This document shows positions 48,580 to 58,685 of a DNA stretch of 64,000 nucleotides, one piece after another. Made by a program: the position numbers and the translations under genes. Below the pieces are notes generated by a model. That model was not told the DNA's origin. It saw nothing but the letters and a program-made list of their open reading frames with translations, and did not search any database. Source of the stretch: Phycisphaerae bacterium (GTDB lineage: Bacteria > Planctomycetota > Phycisphaerae > UBA1845 > Fen-1342); assembly GCA_050115495.1 (NCBI GenBank), contig JASFQK010000009.1, positions 1 through 64,000 of the forward strand. The letters are read 5' to 3'. How positions within the stretch are numbered: the stretch's first letter is position 1; each line of letters starts with the position of its first letter.

Positions 48580-48874
48580 GCCGCACCCAATTTGGTTTTG
48601 AGCCGCTGGCCGGGCGAGAGCACCGGACTCCGCCGATGGCGCCGCGGGCCAGGGAGATGACAGACGGGCCTGGTCCGGGTCAGCGCATAGCCCGTCGGTC
48701 GGCACGAGATCGCGGGCAAGATTCGTTCCGTGTCCGGTATTCGGAATCCCCCCCACCGGGGCCACGCCGGGCAGGTTTCCTGCCACCGGAACCGATTTCG
48801 GCAGTAAGGCGACACCATAAGTCCGAAAGAGATGGGGATTTTCGTCCGACCGCTGCGCCAACCGGCGCTGCGGA

Positions 48875-49942
48875 TCAGAACGCCACCCGGACCTTCCCCT
48901 CCTGCCACTCCTTCATGAGGACCCGGATTTCCTCGGCGGCCTCGCCCAGCCGCTCTGCCGTCAGGACCAGGGACTCGTAGAGCTTGGCGTCGTTGAGCAG
49001 GAGGCCGACGGTGCCTTCACCCCGTTTCAGGCCATCTGCGATCTCTTGTGTCGTGTCCAGCAGCCGGCTGCCGCGTTCGAGCGTGTCCCGGGCATCCCGG
49101 CCGATCGCCACAACCTCCTCATCCAGGTGCTCAATGGTCCCTTGGGCCTTGCCAACGGCCGTCCGGGCGTCGGCGAAGAACCCCCGCGCCTCCTCGGCCG
49201 TAGCGCGGAAGTCGGCCACGGCCGCCTTGCCGTCCTCGCTCATGGCGTAGAGGTTGTCGATGGTCTCCTTGAGCCGGCTGCGGGTCTCCGGATCACCCAG
49301 AACGTCGTTGACATGCTTGATCGTGCCGTCGAAGCGGGCCATGGCACTGGAGAGGTTGCCCTGCTGTCCACCGGGCCGATCCACCTCCGTTGGGCTGCGC
49401 TTGACCATGATTTCGTGGAGATCCTGGAGCACCGGTGTCAGGTTCTCGGCGGCTTCTCCGAGTTGTGTTGCCGTCTTCTCCAGCGTCTTGACGATCTGGG
49501 CGGGGACGATGGACTCGACTGCCCCGCGAACCTCACCCGGAATGGTCGAATTGGGCGGCAGCGCCGACAGGCCGGCGTCGCCGGGAATGATTTCGATGGG
49601 CGGACGGCTCAACCCGAGGGCTGGCTCCGTTGTGATAGCCCGGCTGCCGTTGCGAAGAACGATGTCCTTGCGCATCTGAACGACGACGCGGACGCCGGCA
49701 TCGAGGTTATTGGGGTCGATAAAACCGACATCCAGGACGCGGCCGACCTCGATGCCGCCGAGCGTGACCTGGTTGTCCTGCCGAACGCCGGCGGCAGATT
49801 TGAAGTGAATGTTGAGCGGGTAGCCGCCGCCGCTGAAAAACGCGGTCGCCCCGCTGCCGAACAAAATGGCGAGCGCGCCGACGATCAGGAGGCCGCAGAG
49901 GACAAACAAGCCGACATAGAGATTCCGGCGTGCTTCTTGCAT
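48875..49942 (-). CDS. MlaD/MCE family protein
   Basis: N-terminal VGLFV TM, F.SAAG.....V.LGGIEVGRV, helical tail GEGTVG.L.ND..LY. Confidence 0.88.
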   Translation of the reverse strand: MQEARRNLYVGLFVLCGLLIVGALAILFGSGATAFFSGGGYPLNIHFKSAAGVRQDNQVTLGGIEVGRVLDVGFIDPNNLDAGVRVVVQMRKDIVLRNGSRAITTEPALGLSRPPIEIIPGDAGLSALPPNSTIPGEVRGAVESIVPAQIVKTLEKTATQLGEAAENLTPVLQDLHEIMVKRSPTEVDRPGGQQGNLSSAMARFDGTIKHVNDVLGDPETRSRLKETIDNLYAMSEDGKAAVADFRATAEEARGFFADARTAVGKAQGTIEHLDEEVVAIGRDARDTLERGSRLLDTTQEIADGLKRGEGTVGLLLNDAKLYESLVLTAERLGEAAEEIRVLMKEWQEGKVRVAF

Positions 49943-50076
49943 GGTCAGTTCTCCCGTGTTTGCCAGGCGCCGCACGAGCGGTGCCCCCGGGGCGGCGGCG
50001 TGAGGCGGCCGCCCCTCGTTGTCTTGTGCGAGTGGCAATACTACACTATCGGAGTAAGCGGCATAAGGAGGACGTC

Positions 50077-50463
50077 GTGGCCCAGAGCCTGGAAGGCAAA
50101 ACCATTCTCGTCGTGGACGACGACCCGGACATCATCACCGCCATTTCCGCCAGTCTGTCGGAGACGGGGGCGGCGATCGAGACCGCCGGGGACGGCGCCG
50201 CGGCCGTAACCAAGGCCGAGAGCCTCGACCCGGACCTGGTGATCCTGGACATCATGCTGCCGCAGAAGAGCGGTTTTCTCGTGCTGGAGAAGCTGCGGCA
50301 GAACCGCCCGCGCGGCAGTAAGCCGGCGGTAATCATGATCACCGGTAATGAGGGCCGCCGCCACCGTCAGTACGCCGAGGCGTTGGGGGTCGACGCCTAC
50401 CTGAACAAGCCGTTCAAGATGGAGCGGCTGCTCGAGCTGAGCGAGAAGTTGTTGGCTGATTGA
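50077..50463 (+). CDS. Single-domain response regulator
   Basis: ILVVDDD, LDIMLP, MIT, KPF; AAGGAGG SD. Confidence 0.9.
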   Translation: MAQSLEGKTILVVDDDPDIITAISASLSETGAAIETAGDGAAAVTKAESLDPDLVILDIMLPQKSGFLVLEKLRQNRPRGSKPAVIMITGNEGRRHRQYAEALGVDAYLNKPFKMERLLELSEKLLAD

Positions 50464-50729
50464 GGGGGCCGCTCAAGGCGGCGCGCGGCACTTTCCGGGG
50501 AGCAGGCGCGGACGGTTCGGTGCGGGCCGGCCGTGGGGGTCCCTGGCCGGGCACGAGGACGGACAGTCCACGCCCCCGGCAGGCATTGACGTACCCCGCC
50601 AAGGTCGCGAATATACCGGTTCTTTGGCTGCCCGCCGGGGAGGACGGCGGGGCCGGTGGCGGCCGGTCGCGCCGGAGCGCGGCCGCGGCAAGGAACTGCT
50701 CGCTTTTGGAACTGGGAGGATACGCTCCG

Positions 50730-51617
50730 ATGTGGCAATTGCTCTGCACGCTCCTGTTGCTCATGCCCGCCGCCCCGCAGGAGGCGCGGCCTCAGGTCGT
50801 TCCGGTCCGCCCGGCCGATGCGGTCGCGCAGGAAACACCGCCGGTCACCTCGGCACCAACGTACGACGAGGGACCGCTGCGCTGTGAAGTGGCGGCGATC
50901 TTCGACGCCCGGTACTGGTACAAGGTCACCCCGCCGCGCGTGCAGCCCTCGGTGCTGCAGATGCGCCTGCAGGTGATGGGCGACCGCATCACACAGGTGG
51001 CCCGCGCCGGCGAAGTCATCTTCACCGAAGCGGTGGACGATACCGGCAAGGCCCTCATTGACCCGAACAGCTACACCGACGAGCAGCGAGAGGCCTTGCA
51101 CCCGCTGCGGCTCTCGCCGGAGCAGTTGCGGGCCCAGGGTCTGCTGCTGCCGGCGTCGTTCGACTCGCCCGACCGGGCGGCCCGCTCGATCAAGCTGCGC
51201 GGCACGGTGAAGGTCGTCCTGGCCGAAGGCCGGGAAGAGATCACCATCGACAACCCGCTGCAATACGCGGGCAAGACGATCGAGAACGAGCTGCTCCGCA
51301 AGCTGGGCGTCGTGGTCCGCATCGTGCCCCCCGACGAGCTGGAAGCCACCGGACCGGCGAAGACCCCCGCGGAGCTCCTGGCGCTCGAGTACGTCGAGAA
51401 GGGTGACCACATCAACACGGTCAACCTCGTCGACGCCTGGATGAAGCGGCTGGCCTTCCGTCAGCAGCCCATGAAGACCAAGGACGGCCGCGACGTCGTC
51501 ACCTTCACCCTGGGCCGCGAGAAGTTCACGGAAGAGACGCAGCTCGTGCTGGAGGTCTTCACCAGGTTCGAAGAGGTGGTCCTTCCGATCGACCAGGACA
51601 GCGTCACCCTGCCGTGA
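50730..51617 (+). CDS. Hypothetical secreted protein
   Basis: GGAGG SD, signal peptide, typical codon usage. Confidence 0.75.
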   Translation: MWQLLCTLLLLMPAAPQEARPQVVPVRPADAVAQETPPVTSAPTYDEGPLRCEVAAIFDARYWYKVTPPRVQPSVLQMRLQVMGDRITQVARAGEVIFTEAVDDTGKALIDPNSYTDEQREALHPLRLSPEQLRAQGLLLPASFDSPDRAARSIKLRGTVKVVLAEGREEITIDNPLQYAGKTIENELLRKLGVVVRIVPPDELEATGPAKTPAELLALEYVEKGDHINTVNLVDAWMKRLAFRQQPMKTKDGRDVVTFTLGREKFTEETQLVLEVFTRFEEVVLPIDQDSVTLP

Positions 51618-51742
51618 GTTCGGTCCAGCCCGAAGCGCGGCGCCGAGCGGCCCGCAGCCAAACGGCTTTCCATCGTCGGCGTCACGGCGTCCGCGGACGT
51701 TGTGACGCCGACGTTCGTTAACCGACCCTGTCGGAGACGCAC

Positions 51743-53140
51743 GTGTCCGACCGCGAGCGCCCGGCGACGATGAACGCCCCGCTCACGCACCGCCCCGGCG
51801 TCCGCTCGCTCAAGCTGAACACACTCTTCGCCGTCGGCGGCACCGGCCTGTTCCAGGCGTGCCAGTTCGGCGTCGTCGTGCTGCTGGCCAAGATCGCCCT
51901 GCCGGAGGTGCTCGGCCAGGTGCTGTACAGCCTGGCCGTGGCCACACCGCTCATCGTCTTCTGCTCGCTGGAGCTGCGCGGCGCGCTCGTGGCCGACACC
52001 GCGGCCGAGTTCACGTTCGGCACGTACCGCGCCCTGCGCCGGGCCACGATGGCCGTGGCCGGTTTCGCCCTCGTGGGGCTGGCTGCCTGGGACGCCCGCC
52101 GCGAGCCCAGCTTCGTCTACGCCATCATCTTCGTCGGCATGGGCGGCGGAAAGATCATCCTGCACCTGGCGGAGGCGAACTGGGGACTCCTGCAGAAACG
52201 CGAGCGCCTCGACCTCCTGGCCGGCTCGGTCGCCCTGCGCGGCATCGTGATGATGGTGGCCTTCGGCGTGATCGTGCCGCTGGCCGTGCTCTGGGGGCGG
52301 TCCGGTGAGACGCCGGTGAACCGCTCCGCGGAAGGTGCCGCGCTGGCGGTGAGCGTGTACGTGGCGATCTCGGCCCTCCTGCTGTTCGTCTACGACCGCC
52401 CGTGCGTCGCCGCCCGCCCGGACCACGACCCGAGCTGGAACTGGCCGGGGGTCTGGCGGCTGGCGCGGCAGACGTTCCCCCTGGGGCTCGTCGTGCTGAT
52501 GCTGCATCTGTGCAACAGCATCCCGCAACTGGTCATCGGTGGCGAAACGAACGGCAAGGCGGCGGTCGGTCGCTTCGGGGCGCTGGCCCTCGTGACGCTC
52601 GCCGGCAACCTCCTCGTGTTCCAGTCCGCGTACGCTGCCGCCAATCGCCTGTCAGCGTACTACCAAACGGATCTGCCGGCGTTCCTGCGGCTGCTGGGTA
52701 AGCTGCTGGCTCTGGCCGTCGGCGTCGGGGCGGTGGCGCTGGCCGTCACCTTCGGCTGCGGGCAGTGGTTGCTGCGCGTGCTGTTCCGGCCGGAGTACGT
52801 CGAGCACTACGCCGCCTTCCAGGTCATCGTCGTCGCCCAATGCCTGGCCCTGCTGACGAGCGTATTGGGGGTGACGGTCACGCAGATGCGGCTCTTCTGG
52901 CTCCAGGTGCCGGCCCAGGTGGTCGTGTTGGCCAGCACGGGCGTAGCCGCCCTGCTGCTCATCCACTCGGCGACGGACCTCGTCGCCGGCGGCGCGTGGA
53001 CCATGCTCGTGCGGTCCATCGTGCACCTGGCGTTGTACGTGGGTTGTGCAGCGGTCGGGCTGGCGCTTCGTTCGCGGCTGCGGCAGCGGCCGCCCGTCGC
53101 GGTCGAGGGCCCTCCCGCCGCGACCAGCGAACTCCCCTGA
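51743..53140 (+). CDS. Polysaccharide flippase (Wzx/MOP family)
   Basis: About 12 TM helices, SLKLN...QF....LLAK, TFPLG, AVG.F.A. Confidence 0.8.
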   Translation: MSDRERPATMNAPLTHRPGVRSLKLNTLFAVGGTGLFQACQFGVVVLLAKIALPEVLGQVLYSLAVATPLIVFCSLELRGALVADTAAEFTFGTYRALRRATMAVAGFALVGLAAWDARREPSFVYAIIFVGMGGGKIILHLAEANWGLLQKRERLDLLAGSVALRGIVMMVAFGVIVPLAVLWGRSGETPVNRSAEGAALAVSVYVAISALLLFVYDRPCVAARPDHDPSWNWPGVWRLARQTFPLGLVVLMLHLCNSIPQLVIGGETNGKAAVGRFGALALVTLAGNLLVFQSAYAAANRLSAYYQTDLPAFLRLLGKLLALAVGVGAVALAVTFGCGQWLLRVLFRPEYVEHYAAFQVIVVAQCLALLTSVLGVTVTQMRLFWLQVPAQVVVLASTGVAALLLIHSATDLVAGGAWTMLVRSIVHLALYVGCAAVGLALRSRLRQRPPVAVEGPPAATSELP

Positions 53141-53147
53141 CGAGCGC

Positions 53148-53177
53148 AAAAGAAAGGACCCCTGCCAGCAGGGGTCC
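53148..53177 (-). terminator. Intrinsic terminator downstream of tRNA-Asp
   Basis: Minus strand GGACCCCTG-CTGG-CAGGGGTCC followed by TTTCTTTT. Confidence 0.75.
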
Positions 53178-53188
53178 GATGGGGCTGA

Positions 53189-53263
53189 CGAGGCCGACGG
53201 GACTCGAACCCGCAACCTCCGGCGTGACAGGCCGGCGCTCTAGACCAATTGAGCTACGGCCCC
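53189..53263 (-). tRNA. tRNA-Asp(GUC)
   Basis: Reverse complement GGGGCCG TAGCTCAATTGGTCTAGAGCG CCGGC CT-GTC-AC GCCGG AGGTT GCGGG TTCGAGT CCCGT CGGCCTC G. Confidence 0.96.
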
Positions 53264-53309
53264 ATACGGAAGTCGGCCCTGGGTACACGATCCAGCCGAC
53301 AGACTCGCC

Positions 53310-53337
53310 ATTATATATCGGCTGGCGACCGTGTCAA
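53310..53337 (-). promoter_or_regulatory. Consensus sigma70 promoter of tRNA-Asp
   Basis: TTGACA-N16-TATAAT on the minus strand. Confidence 0.8.
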
Positions 53338-53540
53338 ACGACTCGAACCGGCAGCTCCGATTGTGAAAACCTGTCCGCGCCTACCTGACAGGCAAAGCCC
53401 CCCCCTGCCTGTTCCGATACTGCCTGCGGCCCCGGCCACCGAAGTGGTCCGACCGGGCACCGACCAGGGGACGCGGGGACGATCCCGTGATCGGTGCCGC
53501 CGATTCGACGGTTAAGTACCGGTGCGGACAGGAATGGCAG

Positions 53541-53882
53541 ATGGCGATTCTGAATGATTCGCGGACGTTGTTGCAGAGGCTGCTCGACCTCGGCCGATCG
53601 GAGCGGACGCCGGATTCGGACTCACCGGGAGCGAGAACGGACGCGCCGGTGGCGCAAATCCTGCTGCTCACCGAGTCGGACGGGGGCATGCCGGCCCACC
53701 TGGGGGACGTCACTCCGGTGGGAGCCAAGGTTCACGCCGACTACAAGCCGCGAATCGGTGAAGTCGTGGTGCTCTTCTACCGAAGCGGATTGGAGACGGC
53801 CTCCATCTCTGGCGAGGTGATCCACCTCGGACAGTCAGATGAGATGCCGTACTTCCGCATTCGGTTTGCGGATGTCGTCTAG
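53541..53882 (+). CDS. Hypothetical protein, possible PilZ-like barrel
   Basis: LGDVT..GA...GEV.H....RIRF resembles a PilZ core, but no RxxxR motif is seen. Confidence 0.5.
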   Translation: MAILNDSRTLLQRLLDLGRSERTPDSDSPGARTDAPVAQILLLTESDGGMPAHLGDVTPVGAKVHADYKPRIGEVVVLFYRSGLETASISGEVIHLGQSDEMPYFRIRFADVV

Positions 53883-53957
53883 GGGGTTCATCGCGGCGGG
53901 GGCCGCCGACGCGTCGTAACCGGCGGCCGCCGAAGCCGTCAACAAGGACCGAACAAG

Positions 53958-55058
53958 ATGCCCGCACTCGGCAATCGTCAAGGAGCTACCGGAAAGATCA
54001 GGGTGCTGGTCGTTGACGACAGTGCCATCGTCCGGTCCATCCTGCGCGGGGCGCTGGAACGACATCCGCGGATGGAGGTCGTCGGCGTCGCCGTGGACGG
54101 TCTCGACGCCCTGAAGAAGATCGCCGCCCTGCGGCCCGACGTGGTCACGCTGGACGTGGAAATGCCGCGGCTGAACGGGCTGGGCGTGCTGGAACGGGCG
54201 GCGGGCAAGCTGCCCGTCAGCTTCGTGATGATCTCAACGCTGACGCAGTCCGGCGCGCAGATCACGTTCGAAGCCCTGCGGCGCGGGGCGTTCGACTACG
54301 TACCCAAGCCGGAGACCGGTAATCAGGCGGCCCTGGAGCAGTTTCGCCGGGACGTGCAGCGAAAGGTCGCGACAGCGGCCAAGGCCAAGGGCCGGGCGCG
54401 GCGGATCTTCAGCAAGGGAGACGCGAAGAGCGCGGCCCCGACGCTGCCGCCGAACCAGGTTCGCGGTTGGGTGGTGGCCATCGGGATCAGTTGCGGGGGG
54501 CCGCCGACGTTGACGGAGATGATGCCGGCGTTTCCGAGCGATTTTGTCCCGATCGTCATCACGCAGCACATGCCTGCGGGGTTCACCAAGGCGTTCGCCA
54601 AGCAGCTCGATGGCTGCTGCGCAATGAAGGTGCAGGAGGCCGAGGACGGCCAGCCGCTGGTCCAGGGCACGGCCCTGATCGCCCCGGGCGATCGTCACCT
54701 GCGGCTGGTACGCCGCGGGTCCCTGCTGCTCACGAAGCTGGATGCCGGACCGCGTGTATCCGGACACTGCCCCTCGGTGGACGTCATGTTCACGTCGGTG
54801 GCGGAGGCCTGCGGGACGCGCAGCGTGGGCGTTATCATGACCGGCATGGGCCGGGACGGCTCCGACGGCATCCAGGCACTCCGCGCCGCCGGCGCCCAGA
54901 CCGTCGCCCAGGACCAGGAGAGCAGCCTGGTGTACGGCATGCCGAAGGCGGCGGCGGCCACGGGCTGCATCGACCACGTCCTGCCCTATTTGCAAATCCC
55001 GCAGGCTCTCGCACGACTGATAAAGAACGACCGGCGTCCCGTGTCAGCCGGTGTCTGA
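53958..55058 (+). CDS. cheB: Chemotaxis response regulator protein-glutamate methylesterase
   Basis: REC (VDDS, LDVEMP) plus IGISCGG, QHMP, PSVDV, TGMGRDG, VYGMP. Confidence 0.93.
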   Translation: MPALGNRQGATGKIRVLVVDDSAIVRSILRGALERHPRMEVVGVAVDGLDALKKIAALRPDVVTLDVEMPRLNGLGVLERAAGKLPVSFVMISTLTQSGAQITFEALRRGAFDYVPKPETGNQAALEQFRRDVQRKVATAAKAKGRARRIFSKGDAKSAAPTLPPNQVRGWVVAIGISCGGPPTLTEMMPAFPSDFVPIVITQHMPAGFTKAFAKQLDGCCAMKVQEAEDGQPLVQGTALIAPGDRHLRLVRRGSLLLTKLDAGPRVSGHCPSVDVMFTSVAEACGTRSVGVIMTGMGRDGSDGIQALRAAGAQTVAQDQESSLVYGMPKAAAATGCIDHVLPYLQIPQALARLIKNDRRPVSAGV

Positions 55059-55267
55059 GGCCGGCGGCGTGCCCGCGTGCCCCCCCCCGGCGGTTGCCGT
55101 CGGGCGACATAATACGCATAAATGAACGGGGCCCCCAAAGCGGTCGATGACTCAGACAGTTCTACGCCGCGGGTCACGCCCGCTGCGGGCGTGCGGCAAC
55201 CAGGGAGTGAATCAGCCTCCTCCAGCCAGCGGCGACGCCGCGAGGTACAGCTCCAGTTCTCGGAGGT

Positions 55268-55735
55268 ATGTGCGTGAACGTTGCCTACATCAACCCGTTT
55301 GTCGAAAGCGTCGCCTCGGTTTTCGAGACGATGTTGGGGGTGCAGCCCAGGCGAAACACGCTGAAGGTCGGTCCACAGCCGGTCCAGGGCGAGCGTCTGA
55401 CGTCCCTGATCGGGATCACGGGCCTGATGCACGGCTGCGTGGCCCTCAGCTTCCCGCCGCAGACCGCCCTGGCCCTGACCGGCAAGATGCTCGGTGAGAC
55501 GCCGGCGGAGATCAACGGCGAGGTGATCGACGCCATCTCCGAGCTGGTCAACATGGTGGCCGGTTCGGCGAAGGCGAAATTCAACACGGATCCGCCGCTG
55601 CAGTTGGGCCTGCCCACGGTGGTGGAGGGCGCGGCGTACCGCGTGAAATACCCGAGCAAGTCCGTCTGGCTGGAAGTGCCGTTCAGTTCCGAGGCCGGTG
55701 ATTTCAGCATGGAAGTGACCTACAGCGAGAATTGA
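55268..55735 (+). CDS. cheX: Chemotaxis phosphatase CheX
   Basis: YINPF, IGITG..G, DAISELVNMVAG, LPTVVEG. Confidence 0.9.
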   Translation: MCVNVAYINPFVESVASVFETMLGVQPRRNTLKVGPQPVQGERLTSLIGITGLMHGCVALSFPPQTALALTGKMLGETPAEINGEVIDAISELVNMVAGSAKAKFNTDPPLQLGLPTVVEGAAYRVKYPSKSVWLEVPFSSEAGDFSMEVTYSEN

Positions 55736-55745
55736 GGGCAAGCCC

Positions 55746-56114
55746 GTGAAAGCACTTGTAGTTGACGACTCGATGACCATTCGACGAATCGTCATCAAGG
55801 CCCTCGGCATCGTGGGCATCACAGATGCCACGGAAGCGGGCGACGGCGTGCAGGCGCTCGAGGCGCTCAAGCACGGGGAGTACGATCTGGTCCTGCTCGA
55901 CTGGAACATGCCACGTATGAGCGGCATCGACACGCTGCGCACGATACGGCAGTCGGGCAAGAAGGTGCCGGTCATCATGGTGACCACGGAGGCGGAGAAG
56001 GCCCGCGTCATCGAAGCGATCAAAACCGGCGCCAACGACTACCTCATCAAGCCCTTCTCCCCCGACCAGTTGGCCGACAAGGTCAAGAATGTCGTGGCCC
56101 TTCCCTCGTCGTAG
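55746..56114 (+). CDS. cheY: CheY-like response regulator
   Basis: VDDSMTIRRI, DWNMP, MVTTE, YLIKPF. Confidence 0.88.
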   Translation: MKALVVDDSMTIRRIVIKALGIVGITDATEAGDGVQALEALKHGEYDLVLLDWNMPRMSGIDTLRTIRQSGKKVPVIMVTTEAEKARVIEAIKTGANDYLIKPFSPDQLADKVKNVVALPSS

Positions 56115-56414
56115 GCCTGCGCCGCAAGGGGTCGGGCCGGCGTTACCGCCATCTTCGCGGGCGGCCGTCGGTTGTCAGTCAGAAAACTGTGAACCATCTG
56201 GTGACGGCCTCGCCGGGCGGCTACCATGTCGCCCATCGCCAAGAGGCTCCGGCCTGGACCGCAGGAACAGACCGCTGGTCCGTGCCGGGGGTGATGCAGT
56301 GGAAATGGATCTGCCCGGGCGGCGGAGTGCACCGGTGCGGTCGCCGGCTCTGCACAGGGGCCGCCGGTCGGGGTCCGGGGCTCGCCTCTGGACAGTGGGT
56401 GACGACAGCTACCG

Positions 56415-58034
56415 ATGCGCCTGGTAGTCCTGCGAGAGAGCGCGATGGTCGCCGACGTGGTCTGCGGTGAGCAGGCCGTCTACATCGGCGCGCGAGAGGA
56501 CTGTCTCGTCTGCCTCGACGATCCCCAGGTTCCACCCCAACAACTGGTTATCTATCCCGAAGGCCCGAGCGTCTGGGTCGTGCAGCAGCTCTCGCCCGAG
56601 CAAGAAGTCCTCGTCAACCAGACCCGTCTGATTGAAAAGGAAACGCTCAAGACCGGCGATGAGATCCAGGTGCGGGACTTCGTGATCCGGGTCTACCCCG
56701 AGCACGAGGATCAGCCCGGGGCCCGTAGCGGCGTCGGCACATCCCGGGCCCAGCTCGAACGCTTCGCCGCTGCGCGTCTCCCACCGGGCACCCTCATCAA
56801 GAAAGCAGATGAGCCCGTTGGTCTCCAGCATGGCGACCTGGCCCGGATCGGCGAGCTGACCCTGGGCCTGGCCGGCTGCACGCAGGTCGAGCAGCTCATG
56901 GACGTCGCCCTGCGGACGATGCTGGTCACGTTCGCCGCTCAGCGGGCGTGGATGGGCGTGCGCCGGGTGAACTACGGCTCGATGGAGTACGTCGAGGGCC
57001 GGCTGCTGACCGGGCCCTCCACCGACCTGCCCGAGACCGGCAACGTGCTCAAGCCGCGCGTGCTCGATCGCGGCCAGTTTGTGCTGGTGCCGATCTTCAG
57101 CGCCGAGGAGCGGGCCTCTGTGCTGGCCGGTCCCTTGCCCGGGCCCGACGGTACGCTGGGCATGGTCTACATCGACACCGGCAATACCAACCGCCGCTTC
57201 AGCACGCCCGAGCTCGACGTCTTCGTCGTGCTGTGCAGCCTGTTCGGCGTGCAGCTCGACGCGATCTTCAAGCAGATCGCCCGGAACCGCTCGGCGATGG
57301 TCGAGGGCGAGGTGGCCGTGGCCCACGCCATTCAGGCCCGCCTCACGCCGCGTAAGCTCCCCCAGTGGGACAAGCTCCAGTGGGGCGCTTTCCGCGAGCC
57401 CGGCCGCGTGAACACGGGCGACATCTACGACGTGGTGAAGCTGGGCAACAACATGGCGGCGTTCATGGTAGCCCATACGCCGGCCACCGGCCCCCTGCCC
57501 AGCATGCTCATGGGGCAGATGCAGGCCGCTTTCCGCTTCGGGGCGATGCACCAGGACCCGCCGCACGTGCTGCTGCGTTCGCTCAACCGCATCATGTACG
57601 ACGGCGAGACCGACCACGCCCTGAACGCGATCGTCGGCGTCATCGACCCCAACACCGGTGAGATGCGCTACGCCATGGCCGGCTCGACCGGATCGTACAT
57701 CATCTCCAACCGAGGCGAAGAACGGCCGCTCGCGCCGGAGAAACCGATCCCGGCGCTGGGCGTGAGCCGCAACGCCGTCTTCCCCCTGCTGCCCGAACAG
57801 CTCGATCCGGGCGAGACGCTGGTCGCCTTCACGCCCGGCGTGACGACCGCCAAGAACTGCGAGGAGGAGACGTTCGGCGAAGAGCGCTTCGTGAACATCC
57901 TCTGCGACGGCTTCGGCCAATTGGCCAGCGCCATGCTGAAGGAAATGCTGACCGATCTGCGCAACTTCACCGAGGCCGGTTCGCAGCCGGATGACATCAC
58001 GGTGCTGATGGCCCACCACGTGAACGTGGGCTAG
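56415..58034 (+). CDS. FHA-like + GAF-like + SpoIIE/PP2C-family protein (degenerate active site)
   Basis: L..GD.I FHA tail; G.VY.D GAF-like segment; A.AIQ..L.P, GDIYD, FGEER, DDIT. Confidence 0.8.
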   Translation: MRLVVLRESAMVADVVCGEQAVYIGAREDCLVCLDDPQVPPQQLVIYPEGPSVWVVQQLSPEQEVLVNQTRLIEKETLKTGDEIQVRDFVIRVYPEHEDQPGARSGVGTSRAQLERFAAARLPPGTLIKKADEPVGLQHGDLARIGELTLGLAGCTQVEQLMDVALRTMLVTFAAQRAWMGVRRVNYGSMEYVEGRLLTGPSTDLPETGNVLKPRVLDRGQFVLVPIFSAEERASVLAGPLPGPDGTLGMVYIDTGNTNRRFSTPELDVFVVLCSLFGVQLDAIFKQIARNRSAMVEGEVAVAHAIQARLTPRKLPQWDKLQWGAFREPGRVNTGDIYDVVKLGNNMAAFMVAHTPATGPLPSMLMGQMQAAFRFGAMHQDPPHVLLRSLNRIMYDGETDHALNAIVGVIDPNTGEMRYAMAGSTGSYIISNRGEERPLAPEKPIPALGVSRNAVFPLLPEQLDPGETLVAFTPGVTTAKNCEEETFGEERFVNILCDGFGQLASAMLKEMLTDLRNFTEAGSQPDDITVLMAHHVNVG

Positions 58035-58097
58035 CCCGGCCGCGGGCGGGGCTGCACGCCGAGCTGCCGCCGATCATGAGCCTGGATCGCTGGCAAC

Positions 58098-58649
58098 GTG
58101 TTCGACCCAACCCCTGCTGAGCCCGATGCTCGTACCGTCGCCCGGCTGCAAGCCGGTGACGTCGCCGCTCTCGGACGCGTGTACGAGAGCTGCGGGCTGC
58201 GTGTGCACCGCCTCTGCCGGCGAATGCTGGGCAGTGCGGCGGACGCAGACGACGCCACACAGGACATCTTCCTGCGGGCCTACGAGCGGGCGGGGAGCTT
58301 CGACGGACGATCGCGGTTTTCCACGTGGCTGTACCGGCTGGCGGTTCGATATTGCCTGAACTGGCTCCGGGAGCGGTCGCGGGAAGATGCTCGGCATCGA
58401 GCTGCGGCCCGCCGGGCGATCACGACCACGGAGCCCGCCGACGCCCTCGACGCCGCCGAGAGACACGACCTGGTCCATCGGCTACTTGCGGGGCTGCCGC
58501 CGCATTATCGGGCATGCGTCTTCCTCCGCGAGATCGACGGCCTTTCCTACGCCGACATTGCCGACCTCCTCGACATTCCCCGTGGCACGGTGATGTCCCG
58601 GCTGGCCCGGGCCCGGCTGCTGCTGGCGGGTCGGAAATTCGTGGAATAG
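58098..58649 (+). CDS. ECF RNA polymerase sigma factor
   Basis: DADDATQDIF, FSTWLYR, LREIDGLSY.DIA..L....GTVMSRL.RAR. Confidence 0.93.
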   Translation: MFDPTPAEPDARTVARLQAGDVAALGRVYESCGLRVHRLCRRMLGSAADADDATQDIFLRAYERAGSFDGRSRFSTWLYRLAVRYCLNWLRERSREDARHRAAARRAITTTEPADALDAAERHDLVHRLLAGLPPHYRACVFLREIDGLSYADIADLLDIPRGTVMSRLARARLLLAGRKFVE

Positions 58650-58685
58650 GCCCGCCGTCGGCGGTGTCCAATCGGAGAAGGAGCG

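Noticed and set aside
53340..53359. GACTCGAACCGGCAGCTCCG resembling the tRNA-Asp T-arm (possible att remnant)
   Set aside because: Short, imperfect, on the 5' side of the tRNA, and no integrase nearby; no island is evident at either tRNA.
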